64,000 nt of DNA from Octopus vulgaris (lineage: Eukaryota): positions 66,712,001 through 66,776,000 of the forward strand of contig OX597823.1 of assembly GCA_951406725.2 (NCBI GenBank). The letters are read 5' to 3'. How positions within the stretch are numbered: position 1 is the stretch's first letter; each line of letters opens with the position of its first letter. This document shows positions 57,001-64,000 of this stretch, piece by piece. A program made the position numbers and the translations under genes. The notes beneath the pieces were generated by a model. It did not search any database and was not told where the DNA came from. It was given only the letters and a program-made list of their open reading frames with translations.

Positions 57001-57608
57001 TACTAATTAAATGATTCATCTAGATAAAGAGAAAATTATATATTAACGGGTACGAGGAGTATGATATATTAACCAATTTTCCATTTAACCTCTAAATGCT
57101 ATTTAAATTAATGTTTTGATTTAAAAGCAGGATAATAGTGACAATCAACTATGCGGAAATTGTAATGAAGTTATTCATGAAAAACATGATTTAGTACTGA
57201 TAATATATGTCATGATATAATGAAACACATTGCATCAGTAAGGCAACATCAACTTATGCATCTGATATAACGTAATATCAGTGAAATATTTCTAAATTTA
57301 GATTATATTAAATTGCATGCTTCAAAGTTTGAAAAATGTTTTGAAATTTGAAATTACGCTAGCAAATAGACGGAATTGACGAATAATCGCTATGAGTAGC
57401 GCAAATGTGTAAACATTAGCATTTGTTGTCAGTGGTTTGATTCGTTCATAAATTGTTCATTATGCTAACAACTGTGAATTGACTGATCTAAAAAAAACAC
57501 GTACATACGATAATAATTTATTCAATCTAATTCATTTCAAAACAATTTTACGTACGAAACGCCGCTTGATATTCCAGGCATTAAAAGTATAATGGTAATA
57601 TAATTATA

Positions 57609-58007
57609 GGTGCAATGGGTGGCTGCGTGGTTAAGAAGCTTGTTTCACATCCACATGGTTCCGGATTCAGTGCCACTGCATGGAACATTCGGCAAGTGGT
57701 TTCTATTATACCTCAGGCCGACCAAAGCATTCTGAGTGTATTTCGAAGACGGAAACTGAAAGAACACCGTAATATATGTATATATTTATGGATATGTGTA
57801 TCTTTATGTCTGTGTTTCTTCCACCACCATCGCTTGACAATCGCTTTTATTGTGTTCACGTCCCAGTAAATTAACCGTTGGAGAAAAAGAAGCTATAGAA
57901 TAAGTACTAGGCTCACAGAGAATAAGTCCTGGGGTTGATTTCTTGGAGTAAAAACCCTTTAAGCATGGTTGTAATCAAATGACTAAAACAAGTAAAAGAG
58001 TGGAAGA
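57609..58007 (+). mobile_element. SINE family A, degenerate
   Basis: Head, GCCGACCAAAGC, ACGGAAACTGAAAGAA, tail. Confidence 0.85.
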
Positions 58008-58067
58008 ATAGCTTTAATATGCCGACCACACACTCACGCGCGCGCGCATATACACACACACATATAT

Positions 58068-58124
<57 letters not shown>

Positions 58125-58856
58125 TTTATTCATAACAAATGTAAAATTTAACAAGAACACGGAAAACTTATAGCTAATTACCTATCAGCCAATGTGCAAG
58201 AAACCTTAGTAGTTTCGTGCCGTTATCGTTGGGACTACTGCTCCACTGGAGTTGCCAGTGCACAAAAAAGCCATTGTGAATAACGAATGTATAGCGCAAT
58301 GACGAAAACAAACAAGACAAATTAAGATAATTATAATAATTATACAAATACAACAAAACAATACAACTAAGTAAGCCGTAAGGCTATCAGACAGACGAAT
58401 GTGGGTATGTGTGTGTGTATGTGTGCGTGTGTCTGTGTGTGTATGTCAGTATGTGTCAGTGTGTGTATGCACATACAAATATCTTATTATTATTCGAAAG
58501 AAGTTAGAATGACTCAGAAGACTGATCGTGTCAATGAACGTATCTATCACCCCTTGAGTCACTTAGTAACTTCTGCAGCTTAATAATTATTTACAATTTG
58601 GGTACACCGCCAGAAGGTTTAGGGGTGGTGTGTTAAGTCGATCACATTCATCCAGGACATAAACTGTACTTATACTATACACCTCGGAAGGGTGGAAAAT
58701 CAAATTTGACCTCGGTGAGTAAATCCAGAAGAAATGCCGCTAAACAATTTCTTTGGCGTGAAAAGCATTCCGCCTGCTCACCACATTTTCCTGCCAATTA
58801 ATAATGAAAAATATGTATACTCGTGTTTGGAATTCTATTTTCTCGTTTGTATCACC

Positions 58857-58937
<81 letters not shown>

Positions 58938-59059
58938 ATATATACATATATAGGTGTGTATGTGTCATCAGTTTCAGCTGAAAGCCGTGGTCATGCTAGG
59001 GCACCACTGATTTGCTACACTGTTGTGATTGAGAGCCTCCTCTGATATGTAGCCTTTGG

Positions 59060-59342
59060 TGAACAAGGGGGTTTCATGTCACCGCCCTCATTTGCGCCTC
59101 CTTCCACGAGGTAGGTTCATCTGGGAGTTTCGACAGGAAGATATCTTCCTTTGATTTGAAAACACCTACATACGCGCTGTGCAGGTCCCTTAAGCTCTTT
59201 GAGAGTATATCAAAAATCCGTGGGCGCTTGTTGCAGCAATTGGTTCTGAAGCACAACTGCAATGCTGAGATCTTTGCCACTGTGCAGTGGCAACCCGTTC
59301 TTGTATTTGTGTAGCATTCAATGTCAAATTCAGGCACAATCC

Positions 59343-59344
<2 letters not shown>
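59060..59344 (-). mobile_element. CR1-group LINE 3' end relic
   Basis: GIVPEF..RTG.HC..PRIFDILSKSLRDLH..FKS..FLSKLPDEP. Confidence 0.75.
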
Positions 59345-59378
<34 letters not shown>

Positions 59379-60083
59379 CCTGTGACGTCAAGAATGACTT
59401 AATTGTAAAGGCTACAAGTCAAAACTAGTTTGTGATAGATGTATGATCGTAGTATACGTTCCATATACGTTACAACTTTTAGTTTATAGCCAAGTGGGGT
59501 GCTAATAAATGCTCATTTACTAGACCTATTTATATTTACGTATGTTAATATAAATGCGTTTTCGCATAAAATATATCAGAAAAATAATGTTCTAGACTGT
59601 TCTTATACGCTATAAACATCTCTCTAAGTCACATTTCAAACGTTCCACATATACAGTATACACTGAATCATACATTGCAGCAGATAAATTAGATTTTCTT
59701 TTATTAGTAATTTTTCTGAACTAACTTCGAAAGATTTATCTTTGTTAGGTTTTTATTACAGATACACTTTCGTACTTAATTAAGCAGCTCTTTTATTACA
59801 GATTCTTTTGCGAAAAATGTATTTCCAATCAGAAGCCTTTGATCTTCACTCTTTTCTATGTATAATCTCAGATTATTTCTAAATTCATTACATACACACA
59901 TTTACTTACATATACATATATATAGGCACACACGCGTATACATGCACACATTTCTGCATACATACATACATACATACATACATACATACATACATACATG
60001 TACATATGTTCGTACAAACATACTTATGTGTGTATGTATATATACATATATAATATAAATATATGCATATATATACATAAATA

Positions 60084-60350
60084 GGCACAGGTGTGGATGT
60101 GTGGTAAGAAGCTTGCTGCCGAAGCACAAGGTTCCGGGTTCAGTCCCACTGTGTGGCACTTTGGGCAAGTGTTTTCTTCTATAGCCTCGGGACGACCAAA
60201 GCCTTGTGATTAGATCTGGTAGACAGAACATGAAAGAAGCCCGTCGTATACATATCTTTGTGTGTTTATCTCTGTAACCTAGCGTTTGGGCAAAAGAGAG
60301 CGATAGAATAGGCACTAGGCTTACAAAAAATAAGTACTGGGGTCGATTTA
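60084..60350 (+). mobile_element. SINE family A, internally deleted and tail-truncated
   Basis: GGTTCCGGGTTCAGTCCCACTG..TTGGGCAAGTG. Confidence 0.88.
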
Positions 60351-60408
60351 TAAATACACACACACAGATACATACATACATACATACATACATAATACAT
60401 ACATATAT

Positions 60409-61612
60409 GGGAGAGTCGGCTGATTAAGATACTCTCAAATTAGTTTTATTTTTATCATAGGCTCCCTTTACGGTCCACACATTTCTTCCATCGGTGTTAC
60501 AGTGCTTAGATCCCAATGGTGAAGAAATCTTCATCCTGTTAATCAAAAAGGTCATCAACCGCAGATAAGAAATTATCATCACCGTGATACTGTTTCCCTT
60601 GTTGGGGAACAGATGATAGTCAGATTAGCCCAAATCACGAGAATAGAGATGATTATCAACCAGTTCGAAGACACTGTAAGGCAAAGTAGCCATTGAAACC
60701 AAGAACTTGTATTCTGGAGCATTGTCTTTATGAAACAAGAACTTTCTTCAGTTTTCCTGGCCGTTTCGCCTTGAGCATCTTTTGAGACTGCGTCAACACT
60801 TTGACATCAACTCATGATGTGGCCTTTCTGAAGATAGTAAACAAACACAATGTCTTTTGCATCACAAAACACTGAGTCCATCACCTTACCCGCAGATGAA
60901 ACGACCTTCATTTTCTTTGGAACTGGTGAGAAGAAGTATTTCCACTGCATGCATTATCTCTCTGTCTCATGATCAAAATGATGAATACAACACCCTTCCT
61001 GGATGTGCCTCAAACAATTTCAGATTTCCCCTTGATGTGATCAGCCTGTTGCGCTTTTGATCAGGTATCAGATGACGTGGCAGCCACGGAGTAGATATCT
61101 TTGTCATACTAAGTTCATTGTTCAGAATATTCTCAAATATCTCACTATATATGTTAATAGCCATGGTTATATGATTTATTGTCAGTCGCCTATCATCAAT
61201 CAATATGTGGTGAGCATAAGCAATGTTTTTCTCGATGGTTGTAGTTGAAGGATGTCCAAACCCTGGATCTTCTTCAATACACTCTCTTCTCTTTCAAAAT
61301 GCAACCGCCTACTTTTCCACAGTTAGTGAAACGGGTTCGTCATTCCCTAATGTAACAACCATGTCATCATGAATGTCGTTCGGGGCTTAACACTTTTTTC
61401 CCTGCAGATGTCTGATAACGCCACCATGCCAAATTGTGTCCATTTTCCAGACACTAGTTACTTTTGAGGTCTTCTATGAAGAGTCAAATATCCGTTTACC
61501 TGGAAAGAAATAATGCAGTTATTGATAAGGAGAGTTCAAATTAATACATGCGAGATTTAGAGGTCCAGTATCATTCATTCATAGCCAGCGTATGACCTTT
61601 TCAGTTCAGACA
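60409..61612 (-). mobile_element. Decayed near-full-length mariner DNA transposon
   Basis: DRRLTI..WLPRHL (WVPRLL), FHKDNAP, YSRDL (YSPDL), HRWKKCVDRKG; ~1.2 kb; degenerate TIR remnants. Confidence 0.88.
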
Positions 61613-61669
61613 GACAGGCACACATACAGGCAGATACATAGACAGATAGATCGAACGATGGATCGATAG

Positions 61670-61805
<136 letters not shown>

Positions 61806-63280
61806 ATTGACAGAGATCAATGCATGCAAACATACACACACACAACGAAATTTGTACAGAAGGAATGGAAAATAAATTCGATGTGCCTTTTCGTCTTTAC
61901 AAGATTTTGAACTCCTTGCCTTAGTATACCACTGAACTACAGGATATAAAATATTTGAAGTAATATAACAAAATTAGAATTGGGGGAATACCAATACAGT
62001 GCTTAAAGTCCGTTTTAGAAGAGAAAATAAATTGTAAATTGTTAATTAACTTTATTGATTACTTAATATACATGAAACATTTGTTACGCTACTACATGGA
62101 GTATGGTTACCAGTATGTCAATAGGGTAAAAAGTAAAATATTGAATATTTAGTCTATAAACTTCGAGATATCATATCTGTCAAGTTAGAAAACCTCGATA
62201 CACATTTGCGAAACACAGTCAGACATATTTACACACATGCATGTATACAAGTACGCGTAAACACACACACACACACACACACAAATACACACACACATTT
62301 TGTATTTTGCTTTAACTGTGCTTCATCCGGTATCGTTAATGAAATAAATCATGTCACCTTCTTAGTTTTCTACACCTAATTTATCTAACCAGACGTTTCC
62401 TTTACATTTCCTTCAGACAAATAACAATCTCCCGTTTGATACAGACATCAATCAGCTGTCCCCGCAAGCAACAAAAATAAAATCGGTGATTCATGCTTAA
62501 AATGATTGGTTCTTCAAAGAAATTCATGTTTATTTTGTAGATGGCGTGTTCATTTCCTCTTTTAAAATGATTGCTATATGTCGCATTCGCATATTTTATA
62601 TTTTCTTATTCTCTAAGACGTACGGTATAGTTGACTTAATATTTAAAGTGCTACGTTGAGGACATTAGGTTATACATGTTTACATCTTTGAAATGTTGCT
62701 TCTAATTTATAAGTTCAAATCATAATGGTAATATGTGTCTAGCGTTCACGTCGGAGAAAAATAACAGATGATATTGGTTATAAATTGTATTTTCATATCA
62801 CTAGTGTTATAATGAAGTTGTCTAGGAAGGCAGACGAGCAATAACGCGCCGCATTTTTAAAATGTTACGGCTCTGATATCATACTGGATATATAATTTCT
62901 TTCATTGATGACATACATACAATTGATATATTTAAGACCAGACAAATTCGTTTCCTTACAATTTATACATTGTGTGATTTTCCCATTTGCTTATAGTATA
63001 TACATTATACCATACTGTTCCATTTATTCCATCTTGACGATGAGGTTTTGCTTGCAATTCCATTTTCTATTTGCTCCAAAACAAGAAACGTTAAATAATC
63101 TAGTCCATTCAACACCGTTTTATTATTATGCTACATTAGGAAAACTTTATTTTAGGTGAAAAATAACCATAAAAATAACTTGTCACCAATGAACCATAAC
63201 CCTCATAGTGTATCTGACCTGGTAGCATATAGTCTGCTTTCACTCATTTTTTAAGTGTCTATTAAGTCGAGTGTGCTTAC

Positions 63281-63417
63281 ACTTCTGGTCAACACACACT
63301 TGACCAAAAAGAACACCCAGATTTTGGCAGTTGTGGTGAAAGACAGCTGCACTAGTAATCAGCTGGTGGCAAGTGCAGCAGAGTAGATTAAAACTGTTTA
63401 GAATGAAGTACCTTACT
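63281..63417 (-). other. Candidate 137 bp exon
   Basis: Acceptor TGTTCTGTTTTAG, donor T|GTAAGC, one open frame; no recognisable domain. Confidence 0.22.
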
Positions 63418-64000
63418 CTAAAACAGAACATACAGCAAGTCAATCCCACAAGCTAATCAAAAGACAACTGTCCTTCACATGGACATGAATTATAGTAACT
63501 CTATTTCGTAAACGCTGCACTTCATTGTGGTCGTTTAGCCCCATATTTGCCCCGATTACTTAAGCAATGCAATGATTAAAAGGTCTGGTGTCGCAACCAT
63601 TCCATCTCTTTTAATTGGTAGCGGACCTTATCTAATATGGTTATGAATAACTGTTATTTCAAGCGATAACTGTGTTACATGAAGGTGTTTCTCCTCTTAT
63701 TACTCATGGACTTAGCGAGTGTGTAGGCTTTATCGTGTCTCAGGCATTATTGATCTAATCTATAATCGTTTAAAATCAACGATGGGGGTTGGAGCAAAAA
63801 CAGATTAAACAATTAAGTAGGGAGTTTGTCTTATAACACCACAATTCATCAGGATGTACGTCGCCCCTTAGTCCAAAATGAGTATAACAACCATGACAAA
63901 ACTAATTCATTCTCATGAAGGCAGCATCCGAAATTTTCACAATTTCTTTTCAGGAAAGAACCCGAATACATTATTTACATTTTACGGATCTTGTTTGTTG

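Overview
Eukaryotic, AT-rich, repeat-dense DNA, most likely intronic or intergenic octopus (coleoid cephalopod) sequence; this is inferred from the tRNA-derived SINE families and heavy (TA)n/(TATG)n/(GATA)n/(AAT)n load. Most ORFs in the supplied track are microsatellite artefacts. Recognisable protein-coding remnants are all transposon-derived: three R4/Dong-like RLE retrotransposon pieces tied to (AAT)n arrays (one with an intact zinc-knuckle plus endonuclease frame), a Penelope RT/GIY-YIG relic, RTE- and CR1-like LINE relics, a decayed mariner and a mariner MITE. More than 20 SINE copies from at least four families are present. Host-gene evidence is limited to a few unconfirmed candidate exons and a UTR-like repeat-poor block. 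The most notable signals are minimal hammerhead-ribozyme motifs in short non-coding repeats, including a tRNA-headed element arranged as a head-to-head palindrome, and two long RNA-like hairpins. All calls come from reading the sequence by eye; no searches were run.
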